A stretch of 64,000 nucleotides of DNA from Protoeuglena noctilucae (GCA_958009085.1 OY253686.1:558001-622000); one strand, 5' to 3'; shown: positions 1 to 14,852, counted from the stretch's first letter. A program made the numbers and translations. Notes: a model not told the origin generated them from the letters alone.

Positions 1-3000
1 GGAGGAAGCGGGATTCGAACGCAGACTCGATCTCGTGCCACGCCAGAGACGCTTCGGCGGGGTAGGCATCCGATGGGTAAAAGTCCAAGCAGACGCGGTA
101 CAGGCTGCGATTGAGGGGGAGGGAGGTGGATAATGATAAATGTTGCAATATTACAACAATAATTACAATGTTACAGTAGTAATAACGTTAGTTTTTATAA
201 AAATATAAATATTATCAAAATAACAATAATATTGCAATTTAATTATTATTACAGATTCTCTTAAAAAACCCCCCCATTTATCAGCCCCCAACACATCTCT
301 CACCGGCTCCTCAGTCCCCCCGCGTCGTTTCTGGCGTCGGCCGCCGGAAACTCCTCCACCCGCATCCCCGCCAGCACCTCGGCCAGCCTCAGCTTGCGCA
401 GCTGCGTTGCCAGCGCCGTCGCCTCCGTTATTCCCATGTTATGTCTCACGGGGAGTGTCATGACGGGGGTCTTGCATGTCATGGCCGCTGTCATGAGGAT
501 CTCGCGCAATCGGGGGATGCCCAGCGTCACGTTGGCCTCGCCACGGCCGGCCATGTGGAAACTGGGAAGGGAAAAAGAATAAGGGTTGTTGTTAAAGCGC
601 TAGTTGGTGTTCGTGCTGTTTGTTGTGAGAGGTGCCTGGAGGGTGGGGGGCGTTGTTTGCGTAACTGGCTGTCCCCAACGACTGCCCGGCAATCACCATC
701 AATGCATCGTCGATACAACTTGTCAATTATCACTATCACATATCATATATCACCCCTCACTCACGTGTTGAGAGTCATCTGCGTGGACGGCTCCCCCAGC
801 GACTGCCCGGCAATGACGCCCACGGCCTCTCCTGGGTCTGCCATCCCCGTCAGGTACTTCAAATCCATGAGATGGGAGAAGGAGGAAGGGGCTGGGGGGG
901 AAGGGTGGGGTGAGGGGTTGAGGGTGGGTGGGGGTGGCAGTGGGGGGGGTAGCTACACAACACAAGCAAACATCACCAGCCAGCAAATCAACCAACCACA
1001 ACACCAATTCCATCCCCATTCCCAATCCCAATACTCACTCATGACCCCCCCATCAACCCCCCCGCCCCTCGCCCCCTTCCCCTCCGATGCCTGCTTGAAA
1101 CGCCCCCCCTCCTTTGTCAGAAACTCGGCCACCGCGTCCCCGTAGCTTTCTGGCACGCATCCCAGCGCCGTGGGCGGATACTGGCACTGCACTGGCAGGG
1201 CCCGGTCGACTGACTCGGGGCCGTTTCTGGCGAGGGCCTTCTGGCGGCGGCGGCGGGCGTGGGAGACCTGGGAAGGGGGGGATATGATGGGGGATAAGTG
1301 AGTTAGGGAGAGTGGGTGCAGGTAATTTAAAAGATAGGGGAGTGAGAGGGGGGTGATTGGGTGGAGACAATGCATGGACAGCCAAGCACCATTCGCACCC
1401 CTCTCCACACTATTAACAATCAACATGTTTTGGATAAACACGTTGACATTCACTCACACTCTCACACCCATCTCTCTCACCTGCCCCTCAACGACCCCCC
1501 CCTCCCCCCCCACCCTCCCCGCCCCCAGCTGCTGCGCCACTCTGGCGGCGTTGTCTGCCAGAAAGTCGAATCGCCTCGCGTAGGAAGCGCGCATGACATC
1601 CGATCCGTCCTCGCCATACACGAATTGCACGATGGAGCCATCGGAGGCGTCGCGGACTGAGTTAGGGGGGGTGGGGAATCGTAATTTAATAAGGTATAAG
1701 GGTTGGTGGTTGCTTGATAGTTATGGCTAATGGAGCTATCGGATGCGTCGCGGACTGAAGGGGGCGGAGTAGAAGGTGGGTGAGGGTGGTGGTGGTGGTG
1801 AGGGTGGGTGTGGATGGCCGTGAGCGCCTCCAGGTTCTTAATCAGTCACAATCGCTGCATATCATGCATTGCATATCTATAATATACCATAATCTATTAA
1901 ACACCTATAACATCTATAACTAATAACTCACCCGTCGCGTCGTAGGCCACCGTGAGCGCCTCGAGGTTCTTGATCAGGCACCGCTGCAGGTACCCCGACC
2001 TCGCAGTTTTCACAGCCGTGTCCACCAACCCGTCCCTCCCCGCCATGCAGTGGAAGTAGTACTCCTGGGGGCGCAGGCCCGTTAGGAAACGGTCGCCGAT
2101 GAAGCTGCGGGGGAAAAGATGAAATGAAAGTTAAATATTACCAATGTTATCACTAATAGGTAATAATTATGGGTAAAAATGGAATAAATGATATCAAAAC
2201 AGTAACAGTAATGATAGAGATATAGTAAAAGAAGTAACAGTGATATTCATAACAAGCAATCATATAGATTGTAATAAAACATAATTATATAATCACATTC
2301 TCCAAAATTCACTTCCTCTCACCCCCCCGCCCTGGCCCCCGCGTCAAAGGGCCGGAAGCACGGCAGTGTTTTGCCCGATGCCATCCGCGGGGTACGCCTG
2401 CCCTCCAGCTCCTGCTGGCCCAACAAACAGCTGATCTGGGAGAAGTTGACCAATGAGCCCTTGGCGCCCGTCACTGCGAGTGGGGGAGACAAGTATGATT
2501 GCAATCGATAAAACTATATTTTACCCCCACTGCCACCCCCACTCCCGCACCCGCCCATCCCCCCTCACCCGTCATGAGCGACAGCATGTTGGTGCGGAAG
2601 GGCTTCCTCTGCCCGTCCGGCAAACACGCCTTGATCACTTCCGAAGACAGCGGGTGCATCGCGCCAGAAACCTTAGCGTCCAGCGCCGCCCCCGTCCCCT
2701 GGAAATTGGCGCGGAACATGTGGGACAGGCGGGAGCGAGCCTGGGCCTCGGCCCGGCGCACCGCGCCCTCGTCGAACAGGGGGGCGGATTTATTCGAGGG
2801 GGAGGTGCCGGGGTTCGAACCCGCGGCGGAAAGGGACGAGGCGGTGACGGCGGCGTCGCCCGCGAACTGGCACGAGGCCGAGACGGCGGCGGGCTGAGGG
2901 TGGGGGGGGTAGGGAGGGTTCGGGTTCGGGTGCGTGAGTGTGGGGGTGGCGTTGAGGGTAGCAATGAGGATAACAACGAAAATGACCAACATCTGCGCTC

Positions 3001-6000
3001 ACACCAACCACCCCACCCGCACCCGCACCCGCTGCCCTGCTTCCCCACCCCTCTCCCTCACCTCCGCCCCCTGCAGCACCCACATCCTACCCCCTTTACT
3101 ATCAATTCAACCCCCCTCCGCCCCACCCACCCCATAACCCCTCACCTCCGCCCCCTGCAGCAGCTGGGCCCTCCTGCCCTCTGCCTCCCCCACCAACAGC
3201 GCGTCGTCTATCCCGCAAGTGAACCCGAACGTCTGCAAATATCCCGTAAATAGTCGAGAGAAACAAGCGAGGAGCTTGCCAGCTGCCTCGTCACCATAAA
3301 GCTCATGCACGGCGTGCACAAGACCGTTTTTGCCGAACTGTGCTTTATCGATCACCCCAGCCAGCACGTCGTTACCCCGCACGATGAGCGTCGCCTCGTG
3401 GTTCCCCTTTCCCCAATACGCGGCCGGCACCTTGCCCCCGCATTGCATGGTCATCGGGGGCATGCCGCGCGTGAGCCACCCCAGCACCGCGCCCACCACC
3501 TGCTTGCCCGTCCACATCGGCCGGGGTTTGAGGACCGCCGGGGGTGGCAGCGGGGATTTGAATGCGTCTGCAGCCACCGCGCGCGTGGGTGCGCACGCCA
3601 GATACACCAGGTGCGTGAACTGGGCTCTTGTCAGAAACGCGTCGCGGCGCGTCAGAAGGGTAGCACCGAACACGTGGTCCTGGATGAGACCGCGGATGGG
3701 CTTGCCGTCTGTCGGAACGATGTATTGGTGGTCGGCGTGGACGATGTGGTAGCCCTCGGCGCGAGCCAAGTGATCCTGGGGGAGGTGGAGGTTGATCTCG
3801 TCCCCGTCAAAATCTGCGGGTGTGATTAGAGAGGGGATGAATTTTATAATAATAGTAGTAATAATTATAATATAAAAATAACAAAAAAAAATCAACCACG
3901 ATAAATTGCCATAAAATAAACAAAGAAGAAACAAAGAAGAAAGAAGCTAACCGTGTCCGGGCTCATACGAAGAGATTCAAATGTCAATAGGTCCTCATCG
4001 CCCTTTGGCTCGGAACCCAGTGCTTTTAATGGTGTAATCACGGCCCGGACACGCAAGTGGGGATGCGAAGGGGTGCACACAGACAGTGATGAATGCATGC
4101 GGATGGAAGTACATACAGCACAGTACAATGCATTAATATTCATTATCATTATCACCATCACGCACTCACCGGCGTTGAAGGTGGAGCAGTTGGCGTAGTG
4201 CATGCGGATGGTGCGTTCCCCCCTCAGCACCCGCGCCCGGTGCGCCATCAGGCCCGGCTTGTGCAGCGTGGGCTGGCGATTGGTGAGCATCAAATCACCG
4301 TCCATCAAGTGACGATACACCACCTGGGGGGCATAGGGACGGGGCATTAGAGAGTACTAGGGATGGTAAGTTGATAGTATGTTCATATTAACATGTGTTA
4401 ACCAATCGCTCGCCAGTGACCAACCACTCTACCCTTTATGAACACAAGCAGACACATTTACACCACCCATTCACCACACACCATCCAACCACCAATCATC
4501 CCATCAACACCCACCCCCACCCCTTCACCTGCGTCCTCCCCCTATCCGCCCTCGCCCCCCCCACCGCCCCCGCCTCCGTGGCTCCCCTCAGCAGCCCCTT
4601 GGCCAGCGCCTCTCTCTTATCTTTGCTCATCCTTTCCAACAACACCACCCGGCCCCTATCATCCTCGACCGCCACTGCGCCCGGATGCTCCTCCGCACCC
4701 CGCACCACCAACGCACGCAGCCGCTCCACGTTGTGTGGCGTCACGCGCTCCGGGAATGACAGCTTCTTGGCGAAATAGGGCGGCACGCCTATCTCCCCGG
4801 GGCTCAGGTACACGTCGGGGGAGATGACGGAGCGGGCGGCAAAGTTGACGCGCTTCCCCATCATGTGCATGCGGAACATGCCCTCCTGGGGGGTGAGGGA
4901 GAGTTGGGTTAGAATTGTTACAAGTAGTACTAATTTGTAATCATATAGATATACTATAATCAAATCATAAAGCCCCCTCATCCTTCTCGCCTTCTTCTCC
5001 AGCCTCTGCCGAATCCCCGGCGGCGCGGCCTTGTCCCCCTTCCCCGCCGTCTTTGAATCGATCAGCGCGTTGACCGCCCCCTGCAGCTCCAGCCACCGCT
5101 GCACCGACCGCCCCAGCCCCTCGCTCCCCATCGCCAGCAGGTCCAGCGACGTGGTGATGGCGCGCTGCAGCGAGGTGTTCTGTGCGTGTTCAAACACCTG
5201 GTCGCCGATGCGCGAGACGGGGCGGAACTTGTTGGGGGCCACGGGGAGGGTGCGCAGGAAGAAGAGGCGATAACCATGGGGGGCCTGGGTGGGGAAAGGA
5301 GAGAGGGGTTATATACCATATATATAATACTATAACTGATAGCCCACAACCAATACTTGCCTCGGCAGCGGTCGCGCGCCCGTTGGTGAAGGCCCCGAAC
5401 AGGTACCGCAGTGTGCGCCACTCCTTGGACCAGAGGAGCTTGAGCATCTCCTCCGCCTGGGGGTGGGCGAATGAGGGATTACTATAATTACTATGCATGG
5501 TGTTGTATGCTGCGTGGATATAGTGACGAGAACCAGTAATGGCCAGTACAAGGACATGATGCTAGGTAAATTTACAAACAACACTCATCAAGTATTGCTG
5601 AAATGAATCGGCACTTTAACAGCAATCGCAACGGCAATCACGCCCACCCCCCGCACCTCCGACGGCGTGACGTACTTGGGCCTCCGTTTCTCCACCCCGC
5701 CCTTCCCGCCATCCGCGCCCCCCGCACCATCCTCGCCGCTGCCCCCCATCTCTCGCGATCCCGTCTTTTTCGACGATATGCCGCTCTTCGCTGCGTCAAA
5801 TCCCTCGATGCCCCCCTTGTGGTCCGAACCCTCGGTCTGGGGATGCATGGGGAGGGTAGGTTGTGAGCGGAGCCGGACCCCTAGTCCTAGGCTAGAACTG
5901 GCGAGCAATAGGCCTGAGGCCTAAGCTGTGTGCCCTTTGAAGCGAGTCAGTCAGTCAGTAGGTTGTGAGCGGAGAGTTGAGGAATGTGCTGTCGGTGATG

Positions 6001-8138
6001 TGTGTAAAAACTCGCGCACCCTCCAGGCCATCTCCGCGCGCTTTCTATACTACCTACTCCCACACCCACTCCCCCTCACATCTCACCCGCACCCACTCTA
6101 CCCACTCTCACTCCCGCCCCCCCTCACTCCCACACCAACTCCCACCCCCACACCCGCCCCTCACCTCCCCTTCACCCCCACACCCCCTCTCACCCCCTCC
6201 CGCCCCTCACCTCCCCCTCACTCCCGCTCCCCTCGTTCTCCCTCGTCCCTTCCGATGACCCATTCCCATCACTTTCGCTCCCCTCCTCCCCACTCATGTC
6301 ATCCCCGCTCCCCTCCCCCTTCACGCCACCGCCATCATTTGCGTTTTTCGATTTCCCCTTCGTTGGCTTCTTGCGGGACGCCTTTGGCTTCGACAGCTCC
6401 TCTGCCGCCTGGTCTTCGATCGCCTGCAAGGGGTTTTGTAACGAAAATGTTCATTAACATGGACGGTCAAGTGAGATGCAACAGCCAGATGTGCAATCGT
6501 CCACATGTTACCATAACTGCCACCTTATGTGCCGGCTAACATACCAACCCCACTGCCACCCCCACACCCCACCCCCACACCCCACCCCACACAACACCGC
6601 ACGCAACACCCCAACCCCACCCCCAACCCTCGCCTGCGTTGCCTCCGCCGCACTCGACCTCAGAATCTCCAACACGCTGTGCACCACCGTCCCCCGCACT
6701 TTGTTCGCAGCTTCCCGATTGGCCGCCAACGGCATGAGGAACAGCTTGGCGTATCCGTCCTTGCGCAATTGGGGACTGTGCGCGCCACAGTTGGCGCACT
6801 TGCCGGCCGGAGCGGACGCCAGCAACTCTCCCGCGAGCGCCCGCATCGATCCCTGTGCGTGCGTGCACAGCCGCGCCCTCCCCAGCGCCGCCGCCATCTC
6901 TGGCGCCTCCTCGTCAGAAACGTCCTCCCGCTCCACCACGCCGTCCGCCAGGCCCAGGTCCTCCCCGAATAGTTTCTTGCCCATGGCGGAGCGGGCGGAG
7001 GAGCGGGGGAGCTCCATGGCCGTGGAGACTGGGTGGGGTGGTGTGAGGGGTGGGGTGGGGTGGTGAGTGATGTGAGGGGTGGTGGTAGGGATGAAAGCGG
7101 GGGTGAGTGATGTGAGAAGGGAGTAGTAGTGGGGAGGTGTCTTGGCGTCATAATGCTTACTGCTTGAGAGCAGAGTCGTGGGATGATGCGAAACAACCCA
7201 ACTGTTCATCACACCCCACATCCCACCGAATCCAATCCAACCCTCATCCCACTCCACCCCATCTCATCTCAGCGCATCTCTCACCTTCCCCCAGCATCAG
7301 CGCGCGTGCCCGTCTCCGGTAGTGGTCTACCTCCGGCCCTGCCGTGCGGAAGTGGAAGCAGTGGAGGCACGTGGCGCGGAGGAGCTTGTACAGGAACGGG
7401 AACACGAGAGGGTTGTACACTGCGGCGATGGGGGGAAGGAGAGAGGGTAATACACTGCGGCAATGTGGAGCTCCGAGGTTGTTAGTAATCTCTATATAGG
7501 GCCTATAGAGACGAAGTGCTTGGCGTGGGCAAGCCAAGCGGCCCATGGAAACAAGGCTGGGCCCTGCGTACGGGAAAGCTCCTCGCACCTGGGACGGGCA
7601 GCTCGATGTGGCCGAAGTGACCCGGGCACTGCATGTAGCCCAGGTTGCACGTGGCTGCGAGCGCGCAGGGTGGGTGAGGTCGCGGCGCGGCAGCCGTGCG
7701 CAGCTGCCGCTTTACGGGGCCAGCAACCGCGGGTTATCGTAGCTATCATGATATTCGATCGAGAACAAGAGCGCGCCGGCGGCAAGCAGGCACTTGGAGG
7801 CCGCGCGAGGCCGGGCCGCTCACTGCACGTGCCGAGCGACTCGAGGGGCCCCAGCGCGGGGTCGTACAGGCCACTGGGAACCGGGTTGTTTTGGCTGTCG
7901 AATATGATGGGCGAACTGATGCGCTTGACGCTCAGCTTGCGCACCTGCGGCGCGCGGCGACGCGGGCTGGTCAGCCGGCAGCCGGTCGTGGGCCTCGGCG
8001 CGCCGGGGAAGCGCGGCGGGGCGGCGTCCGGCACTGGCAATCCGCTCTTAAGCAACACACCTCGTCGTCCGTGTAGAAGCTGAACGTGACGCCCTGCACG
8101 GAGGTCGTGACGACCTCCGGGCGCGCGCTCGGCGCCAT
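1..8138 (-). CDS. RPA1: RNA polymerase I largest subunit, about 20 exons, 3' end runs off the window
   Basis: ATG at 8138 ([35 protein letters not shown]). Spliced exons give [62 protein letters not shown], catalytic [60 protein letters not shown] and [34 protein letters not shown]. These are Pol I-type variants of the motifs. Confidence 0.96.
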
Positions 8139-8563
8139 TTCCGCGGTCCCAGCGCGAGAGCAGGGGCTCTGCGGGTCCCTTCAGCGCGATATCTACGAGT
8201 ACTTCTACGCCAAGCTCACGTCATGGCCCAGAAGGGGCCCGCGCGGAGGAAGCTGCTCGGGCCCTAGCCGCCGCCCTGAGAGGCCCCGACGCTGGGCGAC
8301 GACGGCGACGATGGACCCAGCGCGCCCTGCCCCTGGGTACCGAGACACGAAATGAGCTCGTAGAAAGCGTCGGGAGCGAAGAATTGCCGAGGCTCCCGAG
8401 CCAGGGGTTGAGTCATGGTCAGACTGGCGCAGCAACCCGCCCAGCCCCGATGAGGCGGTCCCGGTCGCCGTCCCCTGTGTATTATTCGAAGGCATATCTG
8501 TGGCGTGCGCTCCTCGCGCGTAAGGAGTGACTTTGCACGCGGTCGCCGCCTGCTCCCTGCGAG

Positions 8564-10811
8564 ATGAGGCCCGATGAGATCCTGTCCTCCTTCTTCGCGC
8601 TGCTGCGCACCTACCCTGCCATCGCGGCCCTCCTCGCCCTCTGCGCCGTGGCGGGGGCCGTAGCCTTCGTCGCGCTCCCATCCGGTTCTCAGGACGACGG
8701 TGAGAGCCGCGGATTTCTTTTGGTTTACGCGAGCCACACTATGTCGCTCGTAAGGTCGCCGGTGGCGGGGTTTGGGCGGGCGGCGGCCTCTCCGCGCGCG
8801 CGCCCGAGGGAACACATTGTCGACACCCAACGCAGCGCCGGCGCGCCCGCGCCGAGTCCCGCGCGCGTCTGTTGCGCCAGCATGGGTTTCCGTGTCCGTG
8901 CCCGGTGCCGGCGGTGCACCCAGCAAGCTCCCTCAGCCCGTCGGAGCGCCCCTGCGAGCCCTCGCCGCTGCCCCCGCTGTGGTCCTGCAGGCCCCGTGAC
9001 GCCCGCGCTGACCGGCTCCTGGATCAAGGTCAAGCTCGCGAAGCGCGTGGACTTGACGCACAACACAGGTGAGCCGGCGCGCGGCGCGCGATGGTGCGGC
9101 GCGGCGCGGATCCATTCCAGCGAACGCCGGCCGTCCCTTTGACTCCACGTAGCCCTCTTCCGATTCGCGCTGCCGGGCGGCCCGAAGCAGCCGCTGGGTC
9201 TTCCGATCGGTCACCACATCCGCTTCCGGTGAGCATCGCTCGCGCCCTGCGCGGCGTCGAAAGCCCTCGGCCTTGCCGTGGCATCGGTGAGTCCGCCGCG
9301 CGCCTCCGCCCGCAGCGCGATCGACGCGAACGGCGACAGCATCAAGCACAACGACACCGTTTTGTCGCGCTCCTACACCCCGGTGTCCACCCAGGACACC
9401 AAGGGCTACGTCGACTTTGGTGAGCGCCGGCAAATGCCGCCGCGCGCCGATCCCGCCGTTGCCGCGGCGATCGGCCTGACAGGCGCGGTGCATTCGATCA
9501 CAATAGCGCGATCTGCCCCTCGCTGGCCGCTGTCTGCGTGCTGCGGCGCGGGCGTGTGGGTGCAACTGCCGGCACCGCATGCGCACCCTTGCCCAGACCC
9601 ACCCTTGCCCTCCCACGCTCGATGCCTTACCTCACTATTTGCAGTGATCAAGATCTACCCCGATGGCGCCTTCACCCAGTGGCTCAACAAGCTCCCCCAG
9701 GGTGGCTACGTGATGTTTTACGGTCCCATGGGTCGCTTCGCCTATACGCCCAACCAGCACCGGGAGGTCGGCATGATTGCCGGCGGCACCGGTGCGTCTT
9801 AGCTTGTGTTGTCATCCGGCTTTCATGCGTTGATGTATATGCATTAATGCATCCGTGTATATCGCAGCCTGTGCGCATGCGTCGCCGCCGCACCACGCGC
9901 ATCGCTGGAACGTATGACTTTACCATGGCCCTGTGCTTTTCGTGCTTTCAGGCATCACGCCCATGTTCCAGATCATCCAGGCGGTGCTGACGGACCCCGA
10001 GGACAGGACGGTGCTGTCCCTGGTGTTCGCCAACGTGTCGGGTGAGCGGTGACTGGGTGTTGACGAGAGATGGTGGCTGTAGACAATTGTTCTCTGTGTC
10101 GGGCTTGCCACCGTGGACCATGTCGATAAGTCACGACTCATGTAGCTCCCCCCTCCTGCACCTCCACCCACACCCCACATGTGTCTGTTTCTGACACGCA
10201 GAGGAGGACATCCTTCTGCGCAAGGAGCTCGAGGCATTCGCGGAGAGCCACCCGGGTCGGTTCCGCATGCACCACGTCCTGAACAGGCCACCGGAGGTGA
10301 GGGGGTGGCAGTGGGTGTAACGCATGAGTGGGGTAGGTGATGAGTGAGGAAGCGATGTGTGGCGCATGATGGGTGGGTCGATGCCCGCGTCTTGTCCCAT
10401 GGGCCATCACATCACATCGCCTCCCTTGCTCTTGCGCGATCGCCGGTCCACATCACGCCCCCACTCCCACCGCCGCGCAGGGCTGGCAGGGCAGCACAGG
10501 GTTCGTGACAGCTGACATCATCAAGGCGCACCTGCCGGCGCCGGGGGAGGACGTCAAGGTGCTGAGGTGAGAGGACAGTGAAGGGGTGATATGGATATGA
10601 CGAGGGCGCTGTGGTGAGAGCCGTGATGAGTTAACAGGCGTGATGAGAGTGGCAACGACATTCCCACACTCTTGACCCCATCCCTCACCCCACCCCATAC
10701 CCCTGTCCAACCCCACACCCCCCCAGATGCGGCCCCCTCCCCATGATGCAAGCGATGAAGAAGGCACTCGACGGACTCGGATACGCAGCCGAGTCGCAGT
10801 TCGAGTTCTGA
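8564..10811 (+). CDS. CBR: NADH-cytochrome b5 reductase with N-terminal membrane anchor, about 9 exons
   Basis: Hydrophobic N-terminus, then [64 protein letters not shown] and CGPPPM...FEF, stop at 10809-10811. Confidence 0.93.
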
Positions 10812-12021
10812 CGATGCCACTCCGGACACCGCCAGAACACGCGTGACAAGAGGCATGCGTGTGTCAGCATCGATTTTATCGATGCACGGCGTGCCTCAAC
10901 GAGTGTTTGCACGATCGCACGCCACGACTGCCACCCAGGCCCACGGCACCCCCCGCCAGTCTGGCAACCACCCCCTGCCCCGCGCGCTTCAGGCTGCGAT
11001 GCATGTGGTCCCAGGATCGATTCCCGTTATCTCCTGTTTCCCTGCAAAACCCCACGTGCTTAACTGCCTGGGTGGTGCCTCGGACCCCTCCCTGCCTAGG
11101 CCCCCCCAGCACAGCTTGCCCCGTTTGCACTGCTGCCCTGGCCCGTTTCGCCGGCTGCACGCCCGTGCTACCGGACTCGCACCCACGTGCGCTGCCTCAC
11201 CTTTGCTGTCTGGCTTGCAACCTCCTGCGCCGCTCAGCTTTCACCTGCGCACTCGCCCTGCATGCCTCCCACCCGTGTCGTCGGCCCACCCAACCCCACC
11301 TCAGCCCGCGGACACCGCCAGAGCACGCGCCAGAGTGCCAGAGTGCCACAGCTGGCTGGCCCCCGCCAGCGCAAGGGAACCCTAAGCTAGTGCGTCGTGT
11401 TTTTCACCTCACCCCTAACCCCACTCCCCCCTCCCTTGCTGCTCCCTCCCCTCTAACTTGCCACCCTCCCATGGCAGGCGCAGCGTTTGACCAGCTTGGT
11501 AGCCCCTCCCCCCCCCCCCCCTCAATGCCTCCTCAGTGCACCTCTTTTCCTGTGCCGCACCGCAACACGCGTGTTTGAACGCGACGACCCATCCTATGCC
11601 GTTCTTCGAATCGCCCACCGCGCGAGAGAAGAGAAGAGAAGCAGGAGTCGGGCTTCCGATAACGCACACCGGTGGTGGTCGTGGTCTTCGCAAACGAACC
11701 GGCTAGATGCAAGCTGCTGTGCGGCTCTGTGTGTGCGCTTGTGCCAGTCTGTCATTGGGGCGCATGGCACTGTGGCAGTGCCAGGTCTAAGGGGCGAGCG
11801 AGCCTGGCACACCGCACCTCACGAAGACCTTCGCCTTCATGTTCAACAAAGCTGCCACCGTTATCAACTACCCTCACGATTTCTAGAGAGAGGGAAATGT
11901 CACGCGACCCATTTATTACAGAATGGAGTGCCGCTCTACACCCCGCCCCCTGCAACCCTCCTCAACCACTCCACTCCCCACCACCCACACCCAACTCCTC
12001 ACCACCCCACCCGTCACCCCA

Positions 12022-14852
12022 TCACCCCTCCTCCCCCTTCCCCTCCCCCGCCAGTCCCGATACCCCGCCCGCACCCCCTACCCCTGACGCTCCACCCGCG
12101 TCCCCCACCCCTCTCCTAGCGTTGGCCATACCGTGCAAGAGCAAGTCGGTGGGTAGGTGCCATCGTGACCTCGCCCCCGCCCTGTCAACAAATCGCCACT
12201 CCAGCGCCGCCGGGATGTGAAACGGCGGCTCGTCGTCCTGAAAAAGGTTCGAGTCCGGCGGGGGGTCGTAACCCCCTTCTGGAAAAGGCGCGCCGGCGGG
12301 ATTCGATCCGTGACCTCGGGGAGGGGCCGGCGGTGGAAGATCCGAGGACGGCCCGGGTCCCATTGCGGTGCTCTGCGAGACACGCAGATTAGAGGGCGTG
12401 GAATCGGGTGGGCAGGTGTGATCTTTGCTGTGGCACAATCGCAGAATGGTGAGCGGCACATGGAGGTGCTGTCGAGCAATAAAGGTCACGATTACAACAG
12501 CCAAGCCGCATCCCACTGCGCCCCGACAGCTGACGCCTCACCGGCGCCCCGCCCCTCGTCGCCCCCGTCGCCCATGCCACCCACGCCCCCACATCCCACA
12601 CCCCACCGACCCCAGCTGTGGCACTCCCCACCCCCATCCCAGTCGCTGCCTGGGCTCTTTGCAGTCTCCCCACCCCCCCAACCCCGGACTGCATCGACGC
12701 ATGCCCCCCCTGGTTTGTCCCAGTCGCGACGTTGGCTGTCGCTGTCGTGCCAATGGCATTGTCGCTGTTCGCACTGTCGGCGTTTGGAACTCCGTCGGGC
12801 TTGTTGCGATGCAATGCGTCGCTGAGGAGGTGCCAGTCCCAGGGGAGGCCTCTGAGATGGCAAGGAAAGGAGGGTGTGGTGTTAATAGGTGTCAGTGGAC
12901 AGTGATACTACTCCGTAGTACCACTAGTATAACAATAAGTATTGATATAAGGTGAGCAAAACTGCAACACCTCGCGCCGCTCCCTAAGCACCGATCCCAC
13001 GCCCCACCCCGCTCACCTTGGTTGCTGCTCCAGTGGGGGCTTGTACGTCTTTGATTTCAAAAGGAGGTCCAGGTATTTAAATTGGAGCAGGAACCACAGG
13101 AAATCGAGCACCACAACCAGGTAAGCCAGGCAGACCCAGCCCACGTTGCTGCGTGGGGGAGGAGGGGGTGGCAGTGGGGGTGGCAGTGGGGGTGGCACTG
13201 AGGGTGTGTGCAAGCAGGAGATGCCTTGTGAACTATACATAAACGGTACATACTTTACAAACAATGACACATGCATCAAATCACAGCACATGCAAGTCTC
13301 ACTTCTGCGAGAAGGACATGACGCACGAGAACCCGAGCATGGCGAAGGAGCAGGGCACTCCGAGGGTGAAACACCAGAGGGCGAAGTGCCAGTCGGATTC
13401 AAATCGACTGGTCCAGACGATGTGGATGGGGGACTGGAGGGGAGGGGGGGCGTCCCCTTTCTGCAATGGTAAGGGTGGGGAGGGGTGGTGAGGGTGGTGC
13501 GAGGGTGATGCGACGGCAGTGAGGGTGAGGGTGAGGGTGATGCGATGGTGAGGGTGGCGAGGGTGAAGCGAAGAGGGTGAGTGTCATGGAATGGCAGTGA
13601 GAACAAGGGAATGGCAGTAAGGGTGAGTGGTGCAACAGAGAGGGCCGTGTTACGCAGCCTAGCATGTGCGAATCATCGCCACGGCCCCGCCACGACATCG
13701 CCCGCCTCGCCTTGTAGTGCTGCACGAACAGGAAGCACTTCTCCATGAACTTGGCCTCCATGTTTGGCGACACGAAGTGCCTCCCCACGCGCTGCATGCA
13801 CGCCGATATGAGCGTGCACGTGACCACGCTCGCCGTCATCAGCGACACCGTCAGGGCCACGGACGTGACGAAAAGGCCCTTGACCCACTGCGGGCGAGGG
13901 AGTTAAGGTAAATGGTTAGACAAACATGAGAAAATGTTGTGACAATGAGATGTGTCGAAACAATGTAACGAGACAGCTGATGCACAGACTGCAAGGCAGC
14001 ATATACACAGAAGATGTGCACTATATCTTTTACAAAGACAGAATCAAAGTGAGCGCGGATATCCATGTCAAACTTTGCAGCGCAGTGTGCAATGCTGGAC
14101 AGAAAGCGCGCCCCGCACCATGTATGCGTTGGGCGGGATGGCGAGGTTGACCATGCTCGTGACGGAGAAGATGCCAAGGAAGGCCCCGACGTGCGCGATG
14201 CCGGAGAGAATGTTGGTCTTCTCGTCAATGATGGTCCGGACGTGGGCGACGTAGCGGTCCCAAAGGTACCGCGCGTTCTCCACGGTGCGCTGCGCTGCGG
14301 GGATCGCGTCAACCAATAATTTAGTATACATGCTACCATTTGATTATCACAAGCGCGACTCGCGTGCAGCCTCTCACCGATCTCGGCCTCTACCCAGAGG
14401 CGCTCGTTGACGTACCGCTCCCTCTCGACCTTTCGCCAATCCATCTCGATCCTCCGCCTGCGCGGGTGACGCGTCAAACGGTTCTCAAGACGTCAGCATA
14501 AAAGGCGAGGCGTCCTCGCAATCCGGGCACCGCGGGGCCGCGGCCTTGTGGAAGCTCCGTCGTCGAGGGCCGTCCGCGCACTCATGCAAGCGCCCTCAAG
14601 CCTTTCCATCCCTCCCCTCACCCGTCCCTCTCGAATTCTCTCGCTTGGCTTGCATCCCACGCCTCGAGGCCTGCGAGGGGCCGCGCGGGCGGGTTGTTGA
14701 GAGCCAACGATGATGCACTGGGAATCCGCATCCGCCGATGGCTATAACCGCGAATGCCTGCGCGACGAGGTTCGTGGATTCAGATCGCAGCTCTCACCCT
14801 CCAGAAGAGACTGGAGGGCCTCGAAGGTGTGCTCCGCGATGCCCCCGGTCAT
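12022..14852 (-). CDS. Orai/CRAC-channel-like four-TM protein, paralog A (N at the selectivity-filter position)
   Basis: Assembled exons: MTGGIAEHTFEALQSLLEG|LEAWDASQAREFERDG|RRIEMDWRKVERERYVNERLWVEAEI|QRTVENARYLWDRYVAHVRTIIDEKTNILSGIAHVGAFLGIFSVTSMVNLAIP|TM2|RFESDWHFALWCFTLGVPCSFAMLG|TM4|GLPWDWHL. Exon structure is collinear with the two neighbouring paralogs. Confidence 0.75.

Noticed and set aside
1..60. GGATTCGAAC looks like a reverse-strand tRNA T-arm (similar GGGTTCGAACCC at 2811)
   Set aside because: No cloverleaf. Both lie in RPA1 exons (…[12 protein letters not shown]…).
10812..12021. Several 150-240 aa ORFs between CBR and Orai paralog A
   Set aside because: No recognisable domain. 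Consistent with convergent GC-rich 3' UTRs.
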